64,000 nucleotides of DNA from Ostreococcus lucimarinus (taxonomy: Eukaryota): the NCBI GenBank assembly GCA_000092065.1, contig CP000586.1. One strand, given 5' to 3'. A program made the translations under genes and the position numbers. Position 1 is the stretch's first letter. Each line of letters opens with the position of its first letter. The notes beneath the pieces are model-generated. The model did no database searches. It was not told where the DNA came from and worked only from the letters and a program-made list of their open reading frames with translations. Below, in pieces: positions 22,101 to 29,459 of this stretch.

Positions 22101-22191
22101 GGAATTCATCAACATGCTCGCGAGGAGGGTGCGAGATTCACTGGAAACGAGTGACCCGACGGCGCACAGAAATCGATTTGGAATAGCCTAA
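16117..22191 (+). CDS. NUP205: Nuclear pore complex protein NUP205/Nup192 family, single about 6.1-kb exon
   Basis: Long alpha-solenoid protein. Colinear segments match plant NUP205: LRAYLAVFKAVMENAERAE...HLKAALLDAIGALC resembles LVAYLNVLQKVVENGN...YLKGALRKTIAAF, and SHLLLGFDITGASSEIEVSPFTEFNCLSVILELLE resembles THLLLKFDLDAPVEGTVLQPKFHYSCLKVILEMLE. Start taken at MSIFGAP; the track ORF begins 41 codons earlier. Confidence 0.7.
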   Translation: MSIFGAPSTPVAGASALFAPAVTTPANVGGTPRATDANGDDARRKSDGWSPASRYQNLLSSVRALEHGRASERDRERARRALRVNETRLREMTFFEGRNAGDAARVASGRATLSHGGEARLGELDVEHASAIAVALDLNEIVSVELMVGAIEHGAPADDVVPAAIGIYMRERAAALESLLAVLRCADGTAPLDGVMDEELKDYADGLLRDGALFARLVKLVTAPPPGGPFLVAPTVPTQHVGGPLALAGQQQQATTSSSSQERLLGPLDKLVDIRGRPILRQECVAHERRLVVECLFHSARVSTSLSSENAQALLVLAGRSAEAMRDLEKVAVEDMPTGYGTIFAAAAMFTPTLSGVEAAVPKTDLAKAVATTINSPNAPPLFSFVRFAWAILALDLGLSEAEEAIKESLKNDALEAIDLVLKTGVFQDDHTVARTQNLELVHIILSRYLHHNLRKTSLHRMLTDGTAVREPFVENGLTIEIDAAKPMADVCSVFAELYKQEPKLAKACAGLKSFLEISGDSEHSVGSLVKLLELCTTIAQTSEDARRIFELLQRSQGAANWDRLLGALIGYVQRFMSSPDDLIDAGEEFDPREGDPEMNEADAEGLRAYLAVFKAVMENAERAEAAHWLMWLEHRIGAALMDALLQLYINPVPLHLKAALLDAIGALCWDQNTAFDVWQLLDQAGILPNPMQTGLLQTATSQRSDVSYIYSMIETHEHKYESTTGWLRLIGKLLAMTRDIENGPCADGGSPSWFHTRFIRDRLLGELGTRVHVDQTERWVMARDCVDHLLFMLRLYEDTMISSFTVEDVDSASLDAPLAIGYGEPSSVLALRSAEHTRGDVERPSTPGADILTDFLTSGSTCQMVMNILSIGAESLSFERHARHGDALEDCVLGALQLLDYILSIDQRAVAKLRAKHKDAVFYRTLDEVLSADMTQMANILGYVQYKYNPEITYTALKILRVLCQRVEHIVALLPPASRAAIVEGCASCLELAFAMVPPGDEEIPLEESASSAVDCATLVFELLHENLERAGANMSHLLLGFDITGASSEIEVSPFTEFNCLSVILELLEAAPPSMHASVVLPYQAPELAADLLQRLATCKSTAPPTLALLEQWPPHAPTLALSDLLSDALRTELPKEPSKRRSVMHHRSSILRLCAEVLEVEAPPAKGRVPEMAPTLVLDIMNVLLDNGREGLGAYTHDPNVEHGQFAVLELPKSVTQLSETSTELALLASFGDDVNEMREELSATQLLDDSRNVAEGGIMTTSRRGDKVIDASVVRAKLQAECRRLDSESHHMHGVRQDAMEFVKSRRERAINATLRIVEARNSVIEDATARSEIFLAWEKLVTLAVSRGLSSIVTYFDLRNASVTTAAVDDSPLSSHSILFELVDGILSGLCEAEPFGGGSDSAKAAPFCRLVHVIVSQLRQLGEQDRAKGNTSAVLAPSKCRALLRSLIASMLHRTPVPQVSRLDIISALLDYLAYCRPDTDGVSPVTKQGQAVAGTSVAFSQVMDIDIEKGNAAIIQRDATALVDLISRDAKEGSNDTKAITLGALEAMVAVCSGTGVGGIEVLLLQNDIAKSCLRELECVSMPDLVLNTPRAAAHSKAIEASLSLLLRMAQSEPSQMVALGTLVSLTRCRAIDAYADIHSASAATATMAVDAPFSDLPIPRARHHKLLVNVIRLVGSLLAAAPQPKPVPSPTLGQYPGAIVESDGIPAVISQTLEFVEAHAAVIHRVLADRASRPHLADLAELEATVNLVTRLLKGPVLPDPKLRLHGAMDVLTMTVCSESNKYVKYVSKTLGKSSAGDDMMLAASDDLRALDAADRMWRRFISIRSMILSVQRVLVNKGLTKFTFAASDGVVGDERPTVHLFGTVVMRLSLELSQLADARRDALKSIDHYKILRDGSVTESDLLARVALVESDIRTVVISTENALEVLYAHLQPLVYSGDDDSLVAPSMELNGGKTRTSEFGVLASFMLPGLHSLIQFEKSTLGLDTEFINMLARRVRDSLETSDPTAHRNRFGIA

Positions 22192-22239
22192 AGATAGCCA
22201 TTTTGATACAATACAGCAGCTAGTTCTACAACGCACGTT

Positions 22240-23346
22240 CTACAGCGCATTATTGCCTTTAAACCTGTTCGAGTACTTCAACATGAAGGATTCGGCGGCG
22301 AGTCGACACCGCATCGGTTCGAGAGCCTTTTGCCCGCGCTCGTCGGCGTTTTTGCGCGTCAAGTACTCTATGACGGCTGGAGTGACTCGTTTTCGAACCC
22401 ACTTCATCACGGGCAGCACGACGTGTTGCTCGGCATCGTACGTGTTGTGCTCACACCCTTCTTGCACGAACAAATTCATGGACGCCGGTCGCGTCGGTTC
22501 GCCCTCGGCTCTGGCCTCGTTCGCCACGCGCATGGCCTCGAGTAAGTTTTGAGAATGCGAAAACGGAATCACGGTGTCTTTGTCTCCGTGCATCACCAGC
22601 ACTGGACATTCCACTTCCGCGAGGTTCTCCCGGTTATTCCACCTATCGGCGAGCAAGTAACTCGCCGTCGCGCCGATGTACCCGCTCGCGACGTCGCGAA
22701 TGGACGTGTACGGGCTCTGGAGCACCAAACCCGCGGGCGGTCCCCCCTGTGCGCACATCATTCGCGTGATCCAACACGCCGGTCCTGTGCCGATGGATCG
22801 ACCCATTATGATCATTCTCGACTGCGAAACGTTGAGATACTTTACGCAATACTTCACCGTAGCCTTGACGACGGCGTTGACGCTCTCCTCGTGCGCGACG
22901 CCTTCGGTGACGCCGTACCCTGGAAACTCCGGCACGATGACGTGTGCCTTCAGCCCGACCGCGATCTTCGTCGCCTCCATCGCGCAATCTCCCACATCGC
23001 ACGCGTTCCCGTGCGCGTACACCACGAAGTACTCTCCCGCGCACCTGTCGTCTCCGTTCGTCGCCCCCTTGGTTCGCATGATTCGCAGCGCGCACGTCGT
23101 CATCCCATCGCTCGTCCGTCCGTCCCCGACCGCGCTCGACCCTCCGCACGACGTGTGCGCCCTTCGTTCGCGAATCTCCAGCGCCACCAGCGTCCGTCTG
23201 TACGTCACGCTCGCGTCGATCGGATCCGCGACGTCGCCCGCGAACGGCGCGCCTCGCCAATCGTACGACGCCGCGCCCCCCTCGAGCGCCCTTCCCGGAA
23301 ACATCACCCATCGCACCGGATCCGCCCGCGCGCGCATCCACGTCAT
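22240..23346 (-). CDS. Alpha/beta-hydrolase, ABHD17/FAM108-like
   Basis: EYFVVYAHGNACDVGD...MIIMGRSIGTG (GxSxG)...VLVMHGDKDTVIPFSHS. Start set at internal ATG (MTWMRARADP...). The in-frame alternative is at 23652 (MARVRAARVDVATDATDATDAT..), which would put a (GTCGCGTCG)n-encoded TDA repeat in the CDS. Confidence 0.65.
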   Translation of the reverse strand: MTWMRARADPVRWVMFPGRALEGGAASYDWRGAPFAGDVADPIDASVTYRRTLVALEIRERRAHTSCGGSSAVGDGRTSDGMTTCALRIMRTKGATNGDDRCAGEYFVVYAHGNACDVGDCAMEATKIAVGLKAHVIVPEFPGYGVTEGVAHEESVNAVVKATVKYCVKYLNVSQSRMIIMGRSIGTGPACWITRMMCAQGGPPAGLVLQSPYTSIRDVASGYIGATASYLLADRWNNRENLAEVECPVLVMHGDKDTVIPFSHSQNLLEAMRVANEARAEGEPTRPASMNLFVQEGCEHNTYDAEQHVVLPVMKWVRKRVTPAVIEYLTRKNADERGQKALEPMRCRLAAESFMLKYSNRFKGNNAL

Positions 23347-23752
23347 CGCCGATCCCGTCGCCGTCGCGATCGGCGCCGTCGCCGTCGCCGCGTCGTCGCC
23401 GCGTCTCGTCTCGCGTCTCGCGCCGTCGCGCGCGTCCCGCGTCGGCGCTCCGCGCGCGCGCGCGCGCCGATCGCGCGCGTCCGCGCCGTCGACGACGGCG
23501 CGCGCGCGCCGACGCGCGTCGTCGTCGTCGGCGCGTTGTCCCGTCGGCGGTCGCGACGCGAGCGCGCGCGCGCGCGTCGTCGCGTCCGTCGCGTCGGTCG
23601 CGTCGGTCGCGTCGGTCGCGACGTCGACGCGCGCCGCTCGAACGCGCGCCATCGCGCGACGACGACGAGACGACGACGACGTCGTCGGACGCCGCGTCGG
23701 CGTGCGACGTCGGCGCGCGCGTCGCGCGCGCGTTCGTCGGTCGGTCGCGCTC

Positions 23753-23788
23753 GCCATCCATCCATCCATCCATCCGACCGACCGACCG
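23753..23788. repeat. (CCAT)5(CCGA)4 compound microsatellite in divergent promoter between ABHD and cold-shock genes
   Basis: ccatccatccatccatccatccgaccgaccgaccga read directly; the same CCGA unit as at 3671-3724. Confidence 0.9.
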
Positions 23789-24182
23789 ATCTCACACAAT
23801 ACCATCTCACAATACGACAAAGCTCACGTACTCTACGCCCACGAATACCAAAGAAGCGACGACGCGCACACGGAAACGCGCGCGGCACAGGACGCGCGCG
23901 CCCGCTCGTCGCGATTGCGCCGCGCGTCGACGCGCCGTCGCGCGCGATGGCGACGCGCGCGCGCGGGAAGGTGCGCGTGCGATGCGGATAAAAATGACGC
24001 GCGTCGTCGTCGACGCGGAGGACGCGGGACGCGCGAGACGACGACGCGAGATGCGCGCGATGGCGCGATTGACGTTGAAGCGCGCGATGGCGGACGCGCG
24101 CGAGGACGGACGACGACGGACGACGATGAGCGGACGCGCGACGGACGCGCGACGGCGAGGGCGGACGATTTGATCGCGCGCG

Positions 24183-24442
24183 CGATGGCGCGTCGTCGCG
24201 TCGCGCGGCGATGGGAGGGGCGGAGGGGAGGGGTCGTCGATTCCGAGAAAGCGAAAGCTGACGCGATCGCGGGCGAACGTCTCGGAGGCGGGACTGACGC
24301 GCCGCTGCGCGCCGCGACTGCGCAGGTGAAGTGGTTCAACGCGACCAAGGGATTCGGGTTCATCATACCGCACGATGGAAGCGAAGAGATATTCGTGCAT
24401 CAAACGGGGATCTCGTGCGCGGGATTCCGGTCGGTGTGGGAG
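24183..24442 (+). CDS. Cold-shock domain protein (Y-box/CSP-like), exon 1 (5' end uncertain)
   Basis: ...QVKWFNATKGFGFIIPHDGSEEIFVHQTGISCAGFRSVWE followed by a GTGAGG donor. This is the first half of a cold-shock domain (compare Chlamydomonas NAB1 VKWFNATKGFGFI). The in-frame upstream ATG at 24183 is used. An ACTGAC...GCGCAG acceptor-like site at 24325 hints at an alternative upstream exon. Confidence 0.6.
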
Positions 24443-24570
24443 GTGAGGCTGGAGCGAAAACACCAACCGGCGCAACCGGCGCGCAGGGGCCCCTGGCGTT
24501 TCGCAATTTCGAAATGGAAATATGAACGGTGATCCCGACTGACGGTGGATGCGTTTACGCGCGCGCGCAG

Positions 24571-24750
24571 GGTGAGGAGGTTGAATACGATGTCGACGAC
24601 ACCGACTTCGCGCCCAAGGCGGTGAACGTGACTGGGCCGGATGGCGTCGCGGTGAAAGGGGCGCCGAGGCGACGGCATCGGAACCGGTTGACGAAGCAGA
24701 AGGCGAAGACCGATACCACGGAACCCACGATCGCGGAGAAAACGGATTGA
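24571..24750 (+). CDS. Cold-shock domain protein, exon 2
   Basis: After acceptor GCGCGCAG: GEEVEYDVDDTDFAPKAVNVTGPDGVAVKGAPRRR...; this completes the CSD (GEEVEF..AVNVTGPGG consensus). 128-bp intron with ACTGAC branch. Confidence 0.7.
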   Translation, partial: GEEVEYDVDDTDFAPKAVNVTGPDGVAVKGAPRRRHRNRLTKQKAKTDTTEPTIAEKTD

Positions 24751-25076
24751 GTGATCTGATCGAATCATGAAAATAGTTGTGCGCATCTCCGCGAGAGGAA
24801 ATTTGAATTGACGCATCGTGGCGACGCCCGCGGGGCGCGGCGATACCCGGCGCGTCGCCGGGCGCGCGCGCGCGTTTACGACTTCGACGAGACACCGGCT
24901 TAACCATTAGCACCACCCATGAACACCCTGGCCGTAGCGCCATTCTCGTCGTTAGCACCGCTGACGCGCTCCGTAGACGCTGCTCGGCGCATATAATAAG
25001 CAGAACACGCGTGACTCGACGACGCGATTTTCGCCTCGCGCCGACTGCGCGCGCGGAGCGAGCGGGACGCGACGTC

Positions 25077-25264
25077 ATGACACCACCACCCCAGTCTCGC
25101 GCGCGTCCCGAGCTCCCGTCGACCACACATCGGTCGATGGTAACCGACGAAGTCTTGCGCGAGTTATGCGAGCGTTTTAAGACCAACGGCTACGTCGTCG
25201 TGGAGGATTACCTCGATGATTACGTCGTACGGGCGTGTTTGAACGAATTCGAAACCGTGCTCAG
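25077..25264 (+). CDS. Phytanoyl-CoA dioxygenase (PhyH) family 2OG-Fe(II) oxygenase, exon 1
   Basis: MTPPP...MVTDEVLRELCERFKTNGYVVVEDYLDDYVVRACLNEFETVLR then donor cAG|GTGCGC (phase 2). The track start is GTG at 25011; the first ATG is at 25077. Confidence 0.6.
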
Positions 25265-25341
25265 GTGCGCCGACGCGCTGGGTCTACGACGCCGAAAACG
25301 CGTACAGCGACATCAAACTGACGCGTTCATCGCGGGCGCAG

Positions 25342-26047
25342 GGCGAGAGTCGGGAACGAGGGCGATGAAGATGCGCGTTTCGGTCGATTGGAGGCGCTCG
25401 GTTGCGTGGCGCAGGTGAACGCGCCGCGAGAGGCGGACGCGTACGACGCAAACGTGAACCATCGCGCTCGAGGGCGGTCGAGCGTGTGCGATGCCATCGT
25501 TTCCGAGACGCTGACTCGAAAAGGAGCGATAGGATCGATCGCGATCGCGCTCCTGGGTCACGACGATACGCGACTCTTCAACGACCAGTACGTCGCCAAG
25601 CCGCCGGCGAGAGCAGATTCGGCGCTTCGTGCGTCGTGCTTTGAGTGGCATCGCGACAGCCAGTGGTGTGATGACGGGGAAGATGGTTCAAACGTGCCGT
25701 ATTTGAGTTGTTGGGTCGCGTTGGATGACGTGAGCGAGGAGAACGGGACGCTGCGCATGTTGCCGTATCCGCCAGCGGCGAGCGAGGCGACGCATAGAGA
25801 ACGAGCGAGTGCGTACCCTCCGATGAGTGATTTGCCATCGCCTATGTCCGGAGACGCGTGCGAGGATTGTGGTCGATTGTTGACTATCCGTGCCGGCTCG
25901 GTGGTGTTCTTCAGCGACGTCGTCTTTCACTGCAGCGGCCCGAATCTTAGCGAGTCGATTCGTCGTGCGTGGATGCCGCAGTTTTCTGCGGGTCCCATCG
26001 TGCGCGCAGACGGCTCCCCGGTGAGTCTAGTCGCGCGAATAGAGTAG
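25342..26047 (+). CDS. Phytanoyl-CoA dioxygenase (PhyH) family 2OG-Fe(II) oxygenase, exon 2
   Basis: Acceptor GCGCAG at 25336-25341 with ACTGAC branch 17 nt upstream. It joins in frame to ...WHRDSQW (HxD)...SVVFFSDVVFHCSGPN...RRAWMPQFS. This explains the frame shift between track ORFs 25011..25418 and 25388..26047. Confidence 0.6.
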
Positions 26048-26145
26048 CGTATATGTGTATTAGCTCATATTGATAGTCTAGAGTATTCGTTTAATCGTCT
26101 ATTTGGTATCGTCGTCATACAAAATTCAAATGCCGCCCTCGTTGA

Positions 26146-28266
26146 TCATGGCGATTTCCCCATATTATTCAACGCAGCTTGCTCGAGTCGTTTGCGATCC
26201 AGGGCGCGCTCTTTCTTCCCGCGCCGCTTAACCTTGGTGTGGTTCTTTCGTTTCTCGGTCTGCTCGTTCAGCGCTTCTTGCGCTTTCGCCGGCGTAGCGG
26301 GGGCATTGATCACGTGCGTGTCTGGTAATTCCGATCGGCGCATTTCTAATTCCGAACGCCCATGGAGTTTGGGCGGGACAGCCGGTGGTGGTCCTGGTGG
26401 CATTGGCGGTGATCCCGATCGCATGAGGTTTATCAACTGCTGAGACTTGCCCTTGTGCGGCGCGAAGTTCGGCATCGGCTGAGCGAACCCAGGAGAGAGC
26501 GCCGCGTGACCGCCTGGGACAGGGTGAGAACCGAAAAATTGCGGAGATGGCACCCGAGGGGGGTAACCATGCGGAGGCTGAATCATGGGAGGCATACCGG
26601 GTGGTGGTATTGGCACCGAATGCATCGGTGGATACAACACTGGAATCGGTTGCGCAGTCATCATCGGCGGCTGGTGCGCCCGGAGAGGTGGAGGAACGCC
26701 GTAAAGCGAAGCTTGAGGAATCGAAATCGGCACTTGCTGCGAACCCACGAGCGGTCGCGCGCGATCCTTACTCTTCGCCTTTTTCGTTTTCTTTTGAGCA
26801 CCGGTCACCTTACCATCACCTGTTGACTCGATTGCCAACATGGACACGTCCGGGATCTCGATCTCTGACTGTTGCTTTCTCCCTTCTCGCTTCTTGTCCT
26901 TTTGCTGTTTCGTCGCTGACGTCAGCGGCACCTCGCCAGATTCGATTTCCTTGGTCTGTGATGTTGGTTTCGGTTCCTTGACTATTTTCTGCTTGACTTT
27001 CTTATCCTTCACTCGGTTCTTCGCTGGTGGTTCTGGATCTTTCTTCTTCATACCGATCTGCTCCCATCCCCCTTCGTTGTCGGCGCCGCACGATTCTCGA
27101 CTCGCTGCAGCCGCTACTCGGCTCCTCTCAGCCTCCGCTTCTTCCGCCTTTCGAGCGCACTCGAGCGCCGCCTGCATTGCTATAGCGTCATCGCGCGCTT
27201 TCTGTCTCGCCGCCCGGCGCTGCGATGGCGAAGGTAACGGATCGTGCGCTTTCTTGGAGAATGGGTAATACAGTCTCGCCTTTTCGTCTCCGCGCGTGGG
27301 TTTGACCGCAAACGGACCAGACTTTGAGTTCTCATCTCGCACCATGTCGATCACCAGAACAGTTATGTCGTCTCTATTATCCTTTTGACTCTGGGCGAGC
27401 TTGTTCAGCGCCGTAGCCGCGTTCTGAACGTGCATCTTAGCCACACACGCCGACGCTTGCTTGGGCGTCGCTGCGTCCCACAACCCATCGCTCGCCAACA
27501 CCACCCTCGCTCCGTGGAAACGCTCGGGCACGACAACCATGCTCACCTCTGGCTCACTAATCACACCCCCTCGTTTTCCGTCTCTATCCCCGATCGAACG
27601 CGACACCGCGAGCCCACCCGGCCACACGCGCAACGGCCCGACGCCGACGCGTTCGCCATTCGGCCCGTCCTCGTACTCCGTCGGTCTAACTTCGCCGCCA
27701 GCCTCCTCGATCCGCTTCCGCTCGCTCTGCGACGTATCCAATCGATGTTCCGCGCTCAACCGCATCACCGGTATACCAGGCCCGAGATCGAGCGTCGCCA
27801 ACGAGTCCCCGACCGCCGCCGTCGTCACGCACCGCCCGCGAATGACGCAAATCGTCGCCGTCGCTCCACTGTGCACGTCTCGCGCCAAGAACGCCTCATC
27901 CACCGTGGCAAACGCTCTTTTCAACGCTTCCGGCAATCTTTGCTCGAACGCGTCGTCGGCGTCTTCGTGCTCCTCCAACGCTCCCGGCGCGTCCAGCGCC
28001 TCCGTCAGCGCCGATAAAAACGAATCCGCGCAGTGCTCCGCGCACGCCTTCCCACCGTGTCCATCGAACAGACCGAACATCGCAAACTCCACGCTCGCGT
28101 CGTTCGCGCCCTTCCCGCGTCGACCCGGCGTCCACAGCGCGCACACTTCGACGAGGTCGAAATCTTCACCCTTCTGCACCTTTCTCGAGTGCGCGATCGC
28201 GAGCGCGGGAAATCCCGCGCGATCGCCCGCCGCGGCGTCGCGCGGAACGTGCGTCGCGCCCACCAT
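26146..28266 (-). CDS. PP2C-type Ser/Thr protein phosphatase with long Pro-rich C-terminal tail
   Basis: FAMFGLFDGHGG...AVSRSIGD...LASDGLWD PP2C motifs; the C-terminal 350 aa are Lys/Pro/Gln-rich and low-complexity. Confidence 0.85.
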   Translation of the reverse strand: MVGATHVPRDAAAGDRAGFPALAIAHSRKVQKGEDFDLVEVCALWTPGRRGKGANDASVEFAMFGLFDGHGGKACAEHCADSFLSALTEALDAPGALEEHEDADDAFEQRLPEALKRAFATVDEAFLARDVHSGATATICVIRGRCVTTAAVGDSLATLDLGPGIPVMRLSAEHRLDTSQSERKRIEEAGGEVRPTEYEDGPNGERVGVGPLRVWPGGLAVSRSIGDRDGKRGGVISEPEVSMVVVPERFHGARVVLASDGLWDAATPKQASACVAKMHVQNAATALNKLAQSQKDNRDDITVLVIDMVRDENSKSGPFAVKPTRGDEKARLYYPFSKKAHDPLPSPSQRRAARQKARDDAIAMQAALECARKAEEAEAERSRVAAAASRESCGADNEGGWEQIGMKKKDPEPPAKNRVKDKKVKQKIVKEPKPTSQTKEIESGEVPLTSATKQQKDKKREGRKQQSEIEIPDVSMLAIESTGDGKVTGAQKKTKKAKSKDRARPLVGSQQVPISIPQASLYGVPPPLRAHQPPMMTAQPIPVLYPPMHSVPIPPPGMPPMIQPPHGYPPRVPSPQFFGSHPVPGGHAALSPGFAQPMPNFAPHKGKSQQLINLMRSGSPPMPPGPPPAVPPKLHGRSELEMRRSELPDTHVINAPATPAKAQEALNEQTEKRKNHTKVKRRGKKERALDRKRLEQAALNNMGKSP

Positions 28267-28435
28267 GACGGTCGACGCGCGCGACGACCGCGGCCGACGC
28301 GCGAGGCGCGGTCTGAGGCGCGGTCTGAGGCGCGGCGCGGCGACGAGGACGCCCGAGACCGAGTCGGCGACGACGCGGCGAAAGCGATGCGACGGACGCG
28401 CGCGCGCGACGCCGACGCGCGCGTTACAACCATGT

Positions 28436-29170
28436 CTAACGGAGTTGTTTCGCGGGCTCGTGCTCTAGAATCTCGACGTCGAGACCCATGTCGCGCTCGA
28501 GCGCGCGCAGCGAGGCGCCGAGCGCGTCGATCGACGCCGCGCCCGCGCTCAATCGCACCAGAGCGTCCACGAGAAACAAACGCTCGGTTCCGAACGGCGC
28601 AGGCGCGGTATCCGTGGTCATACTCTCAATGTTCACGTCCCGATCGAACAAAACGCGCGTGAACGCGTGAGTGATTCCCGGGAAATCGTTCCCGCGGAGC
28701 AATACTCGACGATGCGTCGAAACCGTTTTCGCCGCGTCATCCTCGCTCGACGCGCGCACCGACGTCGTCAACCCCTCGATGCGCGCCAAATCGCTCTTGA
28801 AGGCGTCGACGTCGCTCTGATCTCGCACGAACGAGACGAGCATGGTGATCGTGAAGTCGCCGCGCAGTCGCGCCATGCGACTCTCCTCGACGTTTCCTCG
28901 CGCCGCCAACACCGCGGCCGTGACTTCGTTCACGATGCCCTTGCGATCTCGACCGAACGACGTGATGACGTATCGCGACACCGCGCCGTGCGCCGGTTTG
29001 CGCGCGCGCGCGACGTACGACGCGGACGGCGTCGTCGTCGCCGCGAGCGTGTCGAGCGGTCGCGGGAACGCCGCGTTCGCGGGCGGCGCGGCGCGAGACG
29101 CGCGCGAAGCGAGGAACGGGAGCGAACGCGCGATGCGCGCGATCGCGAGCGGGTCGACGGCGCGCGACAT
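28436..29170 (-). CDS. Tandem ACT-domain protein (GcvR/ACR-like), presequence-bearing
   Basis: Two ACT-like ligand-binding repeats (YVITSFGRDRKGIVNEVTAAVLAARGNV...; RVLLRGNDFPGITHAFTRVLFDRDVNIE...); ATG verified. Confidence 0.6.
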   Translation of the reverse strand: MSRAVDPLAIARIARSLPFLASRASRAAPPANAAFPRPLDTLAATTTPSASYVARARKPAHGAVSRYVITSFGRDRKGIVNEVTAAVLAARGNVEESRMARLRGDFTITMLVSFVRDQSDVDAFKSDLARIEGLTTSVRASSEDDAAKTVSTHRRVLLRGNDFPGITHAFTRVLFDRDVNIESMTTDTAPAPFGTERLFLVDALVRLSAGAASIDALGASLRALERDMGLDVEILEHEPAKQLR

Positions 29171-29459
29171 GACGCGTGCGCGGTCGAACGCGCGCGCTGT
29201 GGGTGTCGGAGTGCGGCGAACGCGCCCAGAGCGGCGCGGTCGGCGGCCATCGACAATCTACGAGCTAATGGTGGTTTACAAGTGCGCAGTGCGCGTGAAC
29301 CCAAAGTTATCTTCGTCCGCTTGAGTTTCGTTCGCGGCTGGGCCGAGCGGATCGTAGGAACCCGTGTTCTTCTCAAACTGGGACGCGAGATTCGGTTAGT
29401 CGTCATCGGAGCGGATTGAAAGTGCCGTTGTTCTTCTCGAACTACGGGCGATCGCGACG

